This document shows, piece after piece, positions 9,144-16,708 of a DNA stretch of 37,551 nt. Below the pieces are notes generated by a model, which was given only the letters and a program-made list of their open reading frames with translations, did not search any database and was not told the origin of the DNA. The stretch spans positions 1-37,551 of the forward strand of contig JAPLGX010000171.1 in NCBI GenBank assembly GCA_026389925.1. Reading direction: 5' to 3'. Source of the DNA: Chloroflexota bacterium. GTDB lineage: Bacteria; Chloroflexota; Anaerolineae; Anaerolineales; RBG-16-64-43. The stretch's first letter is position 1. Each line of letters begins with the position of its first letter. The position numbers were made by a program, and so were the translations under genes.

Positions 9144-10223
9144 GTGCCGCTCATGCCTGAGAGAAAGAGCAAAGGAAGACCTCAACCCGTCCGCCTGCTG
9201 GGCATCGAGACCTCGTGCGACGAGACCGCGGCTGCGGTCGTCGAGGACGGGCGCATCATCCATTCCAACGTGATTGCCTCCCAGGTTGAACTGCACGCGC
9301 CTTACGGGGGTGTCTTCCCCGAGGTCGCTGCGCGCCGCCACATCGAGGTCATTGGGCCGGTCATCACGCAGGCGCTGAGCCAGGCCCACATCGGGGTGAG
9401 CGACTTGGATGCGATCGCCGCCACGCGCGGCCCAGGCCTGGCCGGGTCGTTGGTCATCGGGCTGAACGCGGCCAAAGGCCTGGCGCTGGGTGCCGGGCTG
9501 CCGCTGATCGGAGTCAACCATCTCGAGGCGCATCTCTATTCGCTCTTCCTGCTCGACGAAACGCATCCGGTTACCTTCCCGGTGGTGTGCCTGATCGTGT
9601 CGGGCGGGCATACCGAAATCATTCTCATGCTCGATCACGGCCGCTACCGCCGCCTGGGCGCGACCCTGGATGATGCGGCCGGAGAGGCTTTCGACAAAGT
9701 GGCTCGCCTGCTGGGCCTGCCCTATCCCGGTGGCCCAGCCCTTGAACGGGTGGCGCGCAACGGGCGGGCCGAGGCCTATCGCTTCCCGCGTGCCTGGCTG
9801 GAGGGAACTTACGACTTCAGCTTCAGCGGCCTGAAGACCGCCGTGCTGCGCGTGGTGCGCAAGCTCCAGCCCGAGCTGAAGGCAGGCCTCGAGCCGCCGC
9901 GGCCCGGGTTGCCCATCCCCGATCTGGCGGCTTCCTTCCAGGCAGCCGTGGTGGACGTGCTCGTGACCAAGGCGGTGCAGGCGGTCAAGGAATTCGAAGC
10001 GACGCAGCTCTTCGTGGCGGGCGGGGTCTCGGCCAACGGCGCGCTGCGCGAGGCACTGCGAGCCGCCTCGCCCTGCCCGGTGCGCACACCCACGCCCGAT
10101 CTGTGCACCGACAATGCCGCGATGGTTGCCGCCGCTGGCGCGGCGCGCTTCCTCGCCGGGCAGCGCGATTCCATGGATATCGACGTACTGCCCGGATGGA
10201 CGCTGGCGACTCTCAGTGGGTAA
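9144..10223 (+). CDS. tsaD: tRNA N6-adenosine threonylcarbamoyltransferase
   Basis: LGIETSCDETAAAV, GGVFPEVAARRH, NHLEAH, VSGGHT, DDAAGEAFDKVAR, FSFSGLKT, CTDNAAM. Start may be ATG 9153. Confidence 0.96.
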   Translation: MPLMPERKSKGRPQPVRLLGIETSCDETAAAVVEDGRIIHSNVIASQVELHAPYGGVFPEVAARRHIEVIGPVITQALSQAHIGVSDLDAIAATRGPGLAGSLVIGLNAAKGLALGAGLPLIGVNHLEAHLYSLFLLDETHPVTFPVVCLIVSGGHTEIILMLDHGRYRRLGATLDDAAGEAFDKVARLLGLPYPGGPALERVARNGRAEAYRFPRAWLEGTYDFSFSGLKTAVLRVVRKLQPELKAGLEPPRPGLPIPDLAASFQAAVVDVLVTKAVQAVKEFEATQLFVAGGVSANGALREALRAASPCPVRTPTPDLCTDNAAMVAAAGAARFLAGQRDSMDIDVLPGWTLATLSG

Positions 10224-10241
10224 GGCGTAGGGCGAACGGCA

Positions 10242-10270
10242 TTGACACGCCCCGCGCGAGGTTCTATACT
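10242..10270 (+). promoter_or_regulatory. Near-consensus sigma70-type promoter
   Basis: TTGACA (10242-10247), 17-nt spacer, TATACT (10265-10270). Confidence 0.85.
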
Positions 10271-10304
10271 TAGCAGGTAAGCTGGAACGAGGAGGAAAAC
10301 CGCC

Positions 10305-10343
10305 ATGAGCGGTCTGGCACACGGCACGAGGCTCACCGGCTGA
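10305..10343 (+). CDS. Putative 12-aa leader peptide MSGLAHGTRLTG
   Basis: Strong GAGGAGG at 10289-10295, ATG 10305, TGA 10341-10343; between the promoter and a terminator-like hairpin. Confidence 0.5.
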   Translation: MSGLAHGTRLTG

Positions 10344-10345
10344 CG

Positions 10346-10378
10346 AGGCACCGGGTCTCCCCGCGTGCCTTTTTGTTT
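10346..10378 (+). terminator. Intrinsic terminator / attenuator hairpin
   Basis: AGGCAC-CGGG [TCTC] CCCG-c-GTGCCT followed by TTTTGTTT. Confidence 0.7.
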
Positions 10379-10404
10379 CCTATCACCCTCCAAGGAGTCC
10401 GCCA

Positions 10405-10647
10405 ATGGACTATGGGATGATCGGCAAAATCGACAAGGCCAAGCGTTACGCCCAGGAGCGAGAGCGGTTCCACTTCGACAACTTTGCATTGGTGTTCCAC
10501 GGCGACAACAACGATCACCGGGTGGCATACACGCAAGGCAGGTGGGATTGTGATTGTGAGTTCTTCAAGCGGCGCGGCGTGTGCAGCCACACCATGGCGC
10601 TGGAACGCATGCTCGAGAAGATGCTGGCGGTGAAGGAAGTCGCTTAG
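10405..10647 (+). CDS. Small SWIM-type zinc finger protein (80 aa)
   Basis: AAGGAG at 10392-10397; CxC-x8-CxH motif (CDCEFFKRRGVCSH). Confidence 0.85.
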   Translation: MDYGMIGKIDKAKRYAQERERFHFDNFALVFHGDNNDHRVAYTQGRWDCDCEFFKRRGVCSHTMALERMLEKMLAVKEVA

Positions 10648-10755
10648 CCGCGGCAATCGCGTGCGCGGCCCGTGTCTCGCGGGGCCGCCGGCCGCAGTGC
10701 GCCCGCGCGCCGCTCGCGGGTGGATTGCCCCTGCGAGTGCGAGGGATTGGCGAAT

Positions 10756-10788
10756 CACAGGACGAACGCCGCCGGCGTTCGTCCTGTG
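10756..10788. terminator. 15-bp perfect hairpin between convergent genes (probable terminator)
   Basis: CACAGGACGAACGCC [GCC] GGCGTTCGTCCTGTG; weak T tract on the + side. Confidence 0.65.
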
Positions 10789-10825
10789 TCTTCCTGGGTA
10801 TGCTGCGCGCCGAGATCGGCTCGCG

Positions 10826-10987
10826 CTACTTCTTCTCGCCCTGTTCGACCTCAGCCAGCCAGCGCTCCTCGCGCGCCAGCGCGCGCCACCGCACAATCAG
10901 ACTGAGCACATACAGTAGCAGCCCGCCCAGGATGACGCTGTAGCCCGCAATCAAGTAAGCCCGGGTGTCGGGAATCGTTTCAAACAT
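10826..10987 (-). CDS. ccmD: CcmD-like small membrane protein (53 aa; missing from ORF track)
   Basis: Hand translation MFETIPDTRAYLIAGYSVILGGLLLYVLSLIVRWRALAREERWLAEVEQGEKK; AGGAGG RBS; directly after ccmC; single TM with Tyr residues then a charged helix. Confidence 0.75.
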   Translation of the reverse strand: MFETIPDTRAYLIAGYSVILGGLLLYVLSLIVRWRALAREERWLAEVEQGEKK

Positions 10988-10996
10988 TGCGCCTCC

Positions 10997-11701
10997 TCAG
11001 GCGGCCAGTTCCGCGCGGCGCATCTCCAGCGCTTCCGCGCGGCGCGCCAGGCGCATCCGGTGCAGGAGCAGCACGAAGTACAGCACCGAGAACGCCAGCA
11101 GACTGAACATGAAGGTCTGCAGCATGGGCGGGGTCATGTCGAAGGCGCCTTGCGCCGCGGCATCGCCCGAGCCGATGACCACCGGATGGATGGTGCGCAG
11201 GAAACGGATCGAGAGAAAAGTGATCGGCACGGTGAGCACGCCGACGATCGCGTACACCGCACCGAAGCGCGCCCGGCGCTCGGGGTCTTCGACCCCCTGG
11301 CGCAAGAGCACGTAGGCGGCGTACGCGAGCTCCATGATGGTTGTGGTCACCAGGCGCGGATCCCACGTCCACCAGGTGTTCCACACCGGGCGTGCCCAAA
11401 TCGACCCGCTGACGATGGCGATCAGCCCAAACACCATGCCGATCTCCACCGACGACACGCCGACCAAATCCCAGGTACGGGTGCGTCGCACGAGGTAGGT
11501 CACGCCGGCCACGGCTGCCACCACAAACGACAGCATGCCCACCCAGGCCGAGGCCACGTGGAAGTAGAACACGCGCTGCACCTCACCCATCACGCGCTCG
11601 CGCGGGGCGTAAAGGAAGACCAGGCAGCCTGCCGCCAGCACGAGCAGGATGGCGGCGGCGGTCAGGAGCCTCAGCCCGAGCGGCATTTTCTGATCGGTCA
11701 T
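10997..11701 (-). CDS. ccmC: Heme handling protein CcmC
   Basis: FYFHVASAW His, WWD motif WARPVWNTWWTWDPRL, second His in RTIHP; start MTDQK with GGGAGG upstream. Confidence 0.93.
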   Translation of the reverse strand: MTDQKMPLGLRLLTAAAILLVLAAGCLVFLYAPRERVMGEVQRVFYFHVASAWVGMLSFVVAAVAGVTYLVRRTRTWDLVGVSSVEIGMVFGLIAIVSGSIWARPVWNTWWTWDPRLVTTTIMELAYAAYVLLRQGVEDPERRARFGAVYAIVGVLTVPITFLSIRFLRTIHPVVIGSGDAAAQGAFDMTPPMLQTFMFSLLAFSVLYFVLLLHRMRLARRAEALEMRRAELAA

Positions 11702-11747
11702 CCTCGCCTCCCTTGACTTCCCGATCACCCTCCACGCGGCGACCGTC

Positions 11748-12464
11748 TTATTCCTCCACCACGAAGTCGAACACCATGTAGCCCGCCGCAACGAAAATCA
11801 CATCGCAGGCAATGAGCAGGTTGAGCCACGGCCAGATCTCGTCCATTGGCACGCCCTGTAGCACGCCAGTGCTTGCCTTGACCGCGGAGATGAGCACCGG
11901 CAGCACGACCGGGAAGAGCAGGATCGGTAGCAACACGTCGCGCGTGCGGGCCTGCACAGCCATGGCGGAAAGCAGCGTACCCAGTGCGACGTAACCGATC
12001 GAGCCCAGGGCCACGACGGCCAAGAGCAGCGGCTGGAACAGGTTGACGTTGTACAGCGCGCTATAGAACGGCAGGACAAGAATCTCCATGATGGCCATGA
12101 AGGCCAGGTTGCCCAGCGCTTTGCCGAAGTAGATGGCGCTGCGGTCGACCGGTGCCAGCAGCAGGCCCTCCAGGCAGCCCCCGTCGCGTTCGAGGGCCAG
12201 CGAGCGGTTGAGGCCGAGCGTGCCGGCGAAAGCAAAGGTGACCCACAACACGCCGGCGGTCACGCTCTGGCGCGCGCGCACATCCAGCTCGAGGGCGAAG
12301 TTGAACACCAGCACCACCAGCAGCGCGAACACCAGCATGCCGCTGATGAGCTCTTTGCTGCGCAGCTCGGCGGCCAGGTCTTTCCACACGATGGCGGCCA
12401 CGGCGCGCGCGAAGCCGCCGCGCGCAGGGCGCGTCATGGGCAGGGCGCGCTCAGCCGCGGGCAT
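11748..12464 (-). CDS. ccmB: Heme exporter permease CcmB
   Basis: WKDLAAELRS, AGVLWV, LERDGGCLEGLLLAP, LLPILLFP; AGGAGG 6 nt before ATG 12464. Confidence 0.93.
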   Translation of the reverse strand: MPAAERALPMTRPARGGFARAVAAIVWKDLAAELRSKELISGMLVFALLVVLVFNFALELDVRARQSVTAGVLWVTFAFAGTLGLNRSLALERDGGCLEGLLLAPVDRSAIYFGKALGNLAFMAIMEILVLPFYSALYNVNLFQPLLLAVVALGSIGYVALGTLLSAMAVQARTRDVLLPILLFPVVLPVLISAVKASTGVLQGVPMDEIWPWLNLLIACDVIFVAAGYMVFDFVVEE

Positions 12465-13158
12465 TCACCGCCTCCTGGTAGAGCGAGGGCAGCCGGTCGA
12501 GGGCGAACTCGCCGCGCCGCCAGCTGGCGGCAATCGCGCCTCGCGAGAGCACGTCCACGCGGTCCCCGAGCGCGGCGGCGCGCAGCAAATCGTGCGAGCT
12601 CATCACGATCGTGCGCCCAGCCGCCGAGGTGGCACGCAGCAGGTCATCCAGCATCTCGCTGGCCTGCTGATCGAGGCCGGTGTAGGGCTCGTCGAAGAGC
12701 AGCACCTGTGGTTCGTGCAACAGGGCGCGCGCCAGCGAGAGACGCTGTTGCATGCCTCGCGAAAAGGAACGCACCGGGTCGCACCGGCGCGCCGCCAGGC
12801 CTACCTGGTCGAGCGCTTTCTCCACTCGCGCTGCGAGGTCCACGAGCCCGTACATTCGCCCGTAAAAGCGAAGGTTCTGTTCGGCCGAGAGGTCGCCGTA
12901 GAGCAAAGGCTGGTGCGACAGCACGCCAATGCGCCGGCGCACTTCGGCGGCCTCCTGCGGCAGGCGGCACCCGGCCACGCGCACTTCGCCAAAGGCTGGG
13001 CGCACCAGGGAGGCTAAGATGCGAATGAAGGTCGTCTTGCCGGCGCCATTTGGCCCGAGCAGGACGACAAACTCGCCCGCGGCCACCTGGAAGTTGAGCT
13101 TGCGCAGCACCACGCGCGGGCCGAAGGCCTTGGTCAGGTTGCGCACCTCGATGGTCAT
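12451..13158 (-). CDS. ccmA: Heme ABC exporter ATPase CcmA
   Basis: Walker A GPNGAGKTT, signature FSRGMQQR, Walker B LLFDEP; adjacent to ccmB and ccmC. Confidence 0.92.
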   Translation of the reverse strand: MTIEVRNLTKAFGPRVVLRKLNFQVAAGEFVVLLGPNGAGKTTFIRILASLVRPAFGEVRVAGCRLPQEAAEVRRRIGVLSHQPLLYGDLSAEQNLRFYGRMYGLVDLAARVEKALDQVGLAARRCDPVRSFSRGMQQRLSLARALLHEPQVLLFDEPYTGLDQQASEMLDDLLRATSAAGRTIVMSSHDLLRAAALGDRVDVLSRGAIAASWRRGEFALDRLPSLYQEAVNARG

Positions 13159-15137
13159 GGCGTCTCGTCGTCCGCAAGATCCATCAGCCGTTCCTTGAGC
13201 GCGGCGCGGCGGGTTGTGTATTCGCTCTCCTTCATCCGACCAGCCTGGTAGTCATCATCCAGATCGGCGATGGATTGGAGTACCTTCTCGCGTTCCTCCT
13301 GCGGCTCGACAACATCCTCCGCCTCGGCTTCGTCGGCGCGGCGCGAGCGCCACCAGCCCCACAGGCCGGCGCCGATCAGCACCCCGCCCAGCACCACGGC
13401 GGCGACGATCAGTTCGTTGCCCTCCGCCCCAGCGGTGTTCGAGGCAGCTGTCGGCTTGCCCGAGAGCGTGATGGTCAGCGTCTGCCCTGCGGCCAGCGCG
13501 CCTCCAGAGTAGGTGCGGTAGCCCACTCCCTCGATCTGGCGCACGCCGGAGTCCTGCAATGCCTCGCTCTCCACGCGCATCCCGTCAGGCACGACGATGA
13601 TCTCGCCCGAGACCGGATAGCGAACCAGGAACTCCAGCTTCGCGCTGCGCGTGTAGGGAATGTCGAAAGAGAACACGACCTGATGCGAGCCCTGGCCGGG
13701 GATCACCGCCAGCGTATCGGCAAATCCCGTCTCGGTCTGCATGAATCGCCCGCCCAGCTCGCCCTCCTGCATCTGCAGGTTGACCGCGGTTTTGGGCAGG
13801 TCGAAGTACAGTGTGCCCTCGCCTGTGCTGGCGGCCACCACCGCGTCCGAATCCGAATTCGAAAGAAGGGCCAGTGCGCCGACGCGCACCACATCCTGGC
13901 CAGCCACCGGCTCGAGGAACAGGTGCAGACGGTCGATGCTAATGGCCGAAGCGTCGCGGGTGGTGTCGTAGAGCGTGACATTCAACTCGAGCGTGCTCTG
14001 GCCGGCCTGGGCTTGCGCCACCTCCGAGAAGTACGACACGCCGAGGTAGTCCGCCTCGATGATCACCGCACGCTGCGGCGAGAATTCCACGCTTTCAAAT
14101 CGGAAGCGACCCTGGCTGTCGGTGAGCCCGGTCAGAGGTTCCAGTTCCTGCGTCCCATCAAAGCGGCGCAGTGAGATCGGGAGATTCGCCGCGGGCTGCT
14201 GGGTGGTGCCGTTGAGCACCTGCCCGCTGACCTCAGCCACAGCCGTGATGCCCTCCGGCAGCGTGGTGGCCGGCGTCTCGCTGCCGGCCAGGGGCGTCGC
14301 GATGGCGACGGCCGAGCCGGGCGCATAGCTCAGGCTGCGCACGTAGCTCACCAGGCTCCACCGTTCATCGTCGCTGAGGGCCGTGCCAAGTGCGGGCATG
14401 CCCTCCGAGCTGCCCTCGCCGATCAGGGTGAAGACGTCTTGGGCGCTGCGTTCGACCAAGGTCTGCGGCTGGCGCAAATCGCGCAGAGGTACCTTGACCG
14501 TGCCGGGCTGTGCGCCATCGCCGGCACCCTCGGGCCCATGGCACTCGGCGCAGTGGGTCTCATAAAGCGCACGTGCCGGTTGAAGGTCGTTCGCGCCTTG
14601 CGAGAGCGACAGCGCGTAATAGGTCGCGTTCCAGCGTTCGGTTGCGGTGAGTGCGTTGCCGAAGGGCGGCATGAAACGCGGCATATTGCCGACGGTGATC
14701 ATGCGGAACCATTCGAGGGGCACAGCCGAACGCCCGAGCTCGGTGCTCCCGATGGCTGCGGGCAGATTCGAAAGCTGTGTGGCAAGCTTGCCGTCGCCCA
14801 GCCCGCGCTCGCCGTGGCACGCTGCGCAGCGGTCGAGATAGATCGCACGACCTGCCTGCAGGTCGATAGATGCCGACAGCTCAATCGGCTCGGGCATGGC
14901 CGACGGTCCAGCCGTGGCAGGCAATTCGGTCGCGGACGAGGCCGTCGCGGCTGCGAGCTGGGTCAGCCCGGGCGGCGGCGTGATGTCCTCCGAGAGCGAG
15001 CATCCCGCCAGCCCAAGAGGAAGCAGGATCGCCAAGGCCAGAACGGCGATAGGTCCACCTCGCGGAAGTGCCAGCCCGCGGCGCGCGCCGCCTGATCGGT
15101 AGTGTGCAGGGTGAGAGCCATGATGAAGGAAAGACAC
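13155..15137 (-). CDS. Di-heme c-type cytochrome lipoprotein with beta-rich domains and C-terminal TM anchor
   Basis: Lipobox LAGC; CAACH and CAECH each followed by an MP distal-Met motif; carboxypeptidase-regulatory-like VSGQVLNGTT...TDSQGRFRF; C-terminal TM. Start uncertain (GTG 15137 with GAGG). Confidence 0.82.
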   Translation of the reverse strand: MSFLHHGSHPAHYRSGGARRGLALPRGGPIAVLALAILLPLGLAGCSLSEDITPPPGLTQLAAATASSATELPATAGPSAMPEPIELSASIDLQAGRAIYLDRCAACHGERGLGDGKLATQLSNLPAAIGSTELGRSAVPLEWFRMITVGNMPRFMPPFGNALTATERWNATYYALSLSQGANDLQPARALYETHCAECHGPEGAGDGAQPGTVKVPLRDLRQPQTLVERSAQDVFTLIGEGSSEGMPALGTALSDDERWSLVSYVRSLSYAPGSAVAIATPLAGSETPATTLPEGITAVAEVSGQVLNGTTQQPAANLPISLRRFDGTQELEPLTGLTDSQGRFRFESVEFSPQRAVIIEADYLGVSYFSEVAQAQAGQSTLELNVTLYDTTRDASAISIDRLHLFLEPVAGQDVVRVGALALLSNSDSDAVVAASTGEGTLYFDLPKTAVNLQMQEGELGGRFMQTETGFADTLAVIPGQGSHQVVFSFDIPYTRSAKLEFLVRYPVSGEIIVVPDGMRVESEALQDSGVRQIEGVGYRTYSGGALAAGQTLTITLSGKPTAASNTAGAEGNELIVAAVVLGGVLIGAGLWGWWRSRRADEAEAEDVVEPQEEREKVLQSIADLDDDYQAGRMKESEYTTRRAALKERLMDLADDETP

Positions 15138-15163
15138 GCGAAACCTCGCTCGAGAGCGCTCGA

Positions 15164-15622
15164 TCAGGTCGTCTTTTCGTGGCCCAACGCGGTACCGCAG
15201 CGCGGGCAGAATTTGTCGCCCACCTGAACCGGCGCGCCGCAGGCGGGGCAATAGCCGGCTTTGCGCTTCACCCCGTTCGAGGCGGGCTGAGCGCGGCGAG
15301 CTGTGATTTCTGCTTCAAGCGCGGCGTCTCGGACTGCGAGGGGCGTGCCGCGCGCCTCATCCAGCCGCCGCAGCTGATCGGCACCCTGCGCCACCAACTC
15401 TTGCCGGCGCGCCGGATATTCATCCTCGGGGATTTTGCCCAGGGCGCGGTCGAAATCCAACTCGCGCAGCGTGTCGATCGTGCGCTCCAACTCCGCCTCC
15501 AGCGAGGAGACCCCGGCCGCGCGCCGCGGCGCGCCGGCCCTCTGCCCGAGCAGCGGCTGGACCAGGAAGATGACAACCAGGATGGTGACGGCCAGCGCCG
15601 TCAGCAGAGCGGCAGCGTCCAT
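15164..15622 (-). CDS. CcmI N-terminal-like membrane protein with C-terminal zinc ribbon
   Basis: N-terminal TM, LRELDFDRALGKIPEDEY helix motif, CPACG-x9-CPRCG. Confidence 0.8.
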   Translation of the reverse strand: MDAAALLTALAVTILVVIFLVQPLLGQRAGAPRRAAGVSSLEAELERTIDTLRELDFDRALGKIPEDEYPARRQELVAQGADQLRRLDEARGTPLAVRDAALEAEITARRAQPASNGVKRKAGYCPACGAPVQVGDKFCPRCGTALGHEKTT

Positions 15623-16173
15623 TAGGGTTTCACCAGCGGATCGAGGATGGATTGGAGCTCATTCATTTCGATCGGGCCGATCTTCACGCGTACGATCGTG
15701 CCCTGACGATCGACGAAGTAGGTTTCCGGAACGCCGCGGATGCGGAAGGCCTGCGAGACGCGGGTGCCGAGATCCGGTCCGTTGGGATAGGTAATGCCGA
15801 AGCGTTCGAGGTAGGCACGCGCCTCGGGCTCCGTGTCCACGTAGTCGACTCCCAGGAAAGACGCGCCCTGATCGCGGTATTTCTGCGAGCCGGCTTCGAG
15901 GGTGGCTGCTTCCTCCTCGCACGGCTTGCACCAAGAGGCCCAGAAGTTAACGACCACCACCTGGCCTTTAAGGTCGGCCAGGCGGATCGTTTCTCCGTCG
16001 AAGGTGGTCAGCGTGAAATCGGGGGCCGATCCGCGGGACACCGGGCCGGCTTGGGTGCGGTACAGACCAAAACCCACCAAGGCCAGCAGGGCGGCCAACC
16101 CGCCCCACAGCAGGAGGCGTCCGAAATTCCGCGCACGCGGCGCAGGGGGTGGAGTCGCGGGCGTGTCAGACAT
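15622..16173 (-). CDS. ccmG: Thiol:disulfide oxidoreductase CcmG/TlpA family
   Basis: N-terminal TM, APDFTL, VVNFWASWCKPC, GVPETYFVD; within ccm cluster. Confidence 0.88.
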   Translation of the reverse strand: MSDTPATPPPAPRARNFGRLLLWGGLAALLALVGFGLYRTQAGPVSRGSAPDFTLTTFDGETIRLADLKGQVVVVNFWASWCKPCEEEAATLEAGSQKYRDQGASFLGVDYVDTEPEARAYLERFGITYPNGPDLGTRVSQAFRIRGVPETYFVDRQGTIVRVKIGPIEMNELQSILDPLVKP

Positions 16174-16176
16174 GTC

Positions 16177-16683
16177 TCAGTCTCGTCGGCGGAGTTCTTC
16201 TTCGATGCGGCGGGTGTAGTCGCCTTCGGCCGCAGGCGGCGGCGAGGCCACCGGCCCAGCAGCGCGCCGCCAGGTGCGCACGGCTCGATAGACAATGTAC
16301 GCCCCGACCACGAAGGCCAGCGGCGGCAACAGGTAGACCAGCAGGCTGAGCCCGCGGGACGGCGGCGCGGCGAGCACCCGCGCCCCATATTGCTCGACAA
16401 AGTAGTTCTTGATCTCCTGCTCGCTCCAGCCCGCGGTCAGTTTCTCGCGAATGGTCTGGCGCCACTGAGCGCAGGCCTGGGTCGGGCATACGTCCAGCGG
16501 CACATTCTCGCACACCGGACAGTAGAGCTGCTTGGCGACGGCGTTGACCTGGTCGTCGGAAGGCGTCGGCTCCTGTGCCCGGGCGGGCGAGGCCAGGGAA
16601 GTAAGGACGGAGGCCAAGGCGATCGCGAGGACGAAAAGAACCAGCGCGGCACGCGGCAGGGCGCAAGGGCGGTGATGAGTCAC
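16177..16683 (-). CDS. ccmH: Cytochrome c biogenesis protein CcmH
   Basis: Signal peptide, LYCPVCEN (LRCxxC type), YFVEQYGARVL, C-terminal TM; probable GTG start at 16683. Confidence 0.9.
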   Translation of the reverse strand: MTHHRPCALPRAALVLFVLAIALASVLTSLASPARAQEPTPSDDQVNAVAKQLYCPVCENVPLDVCPTQACAQWRQTIREKLTAGWSEQEIKNYFVEQYGARVLAAPPSRGLSLLVYLLPPLAFVVGAYIVYRAVRTWRRAAGPVASPPPAAEGDYTRRIEEELRRRD

Positions 16684-16708
16684 AGTCTCTCTTTTCCTTG
16701 GGGCCGTG

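Noticed and set aside
10341-10370. Leader TGA as a selenocysteine codon with SECIS (selA nearby, GGTCT in the hairpin)
   Set aside because: The loop is only about 12 nt from the UGA, the hairpin has a U tail, and read-through would run out of frame over the SWIM gene.
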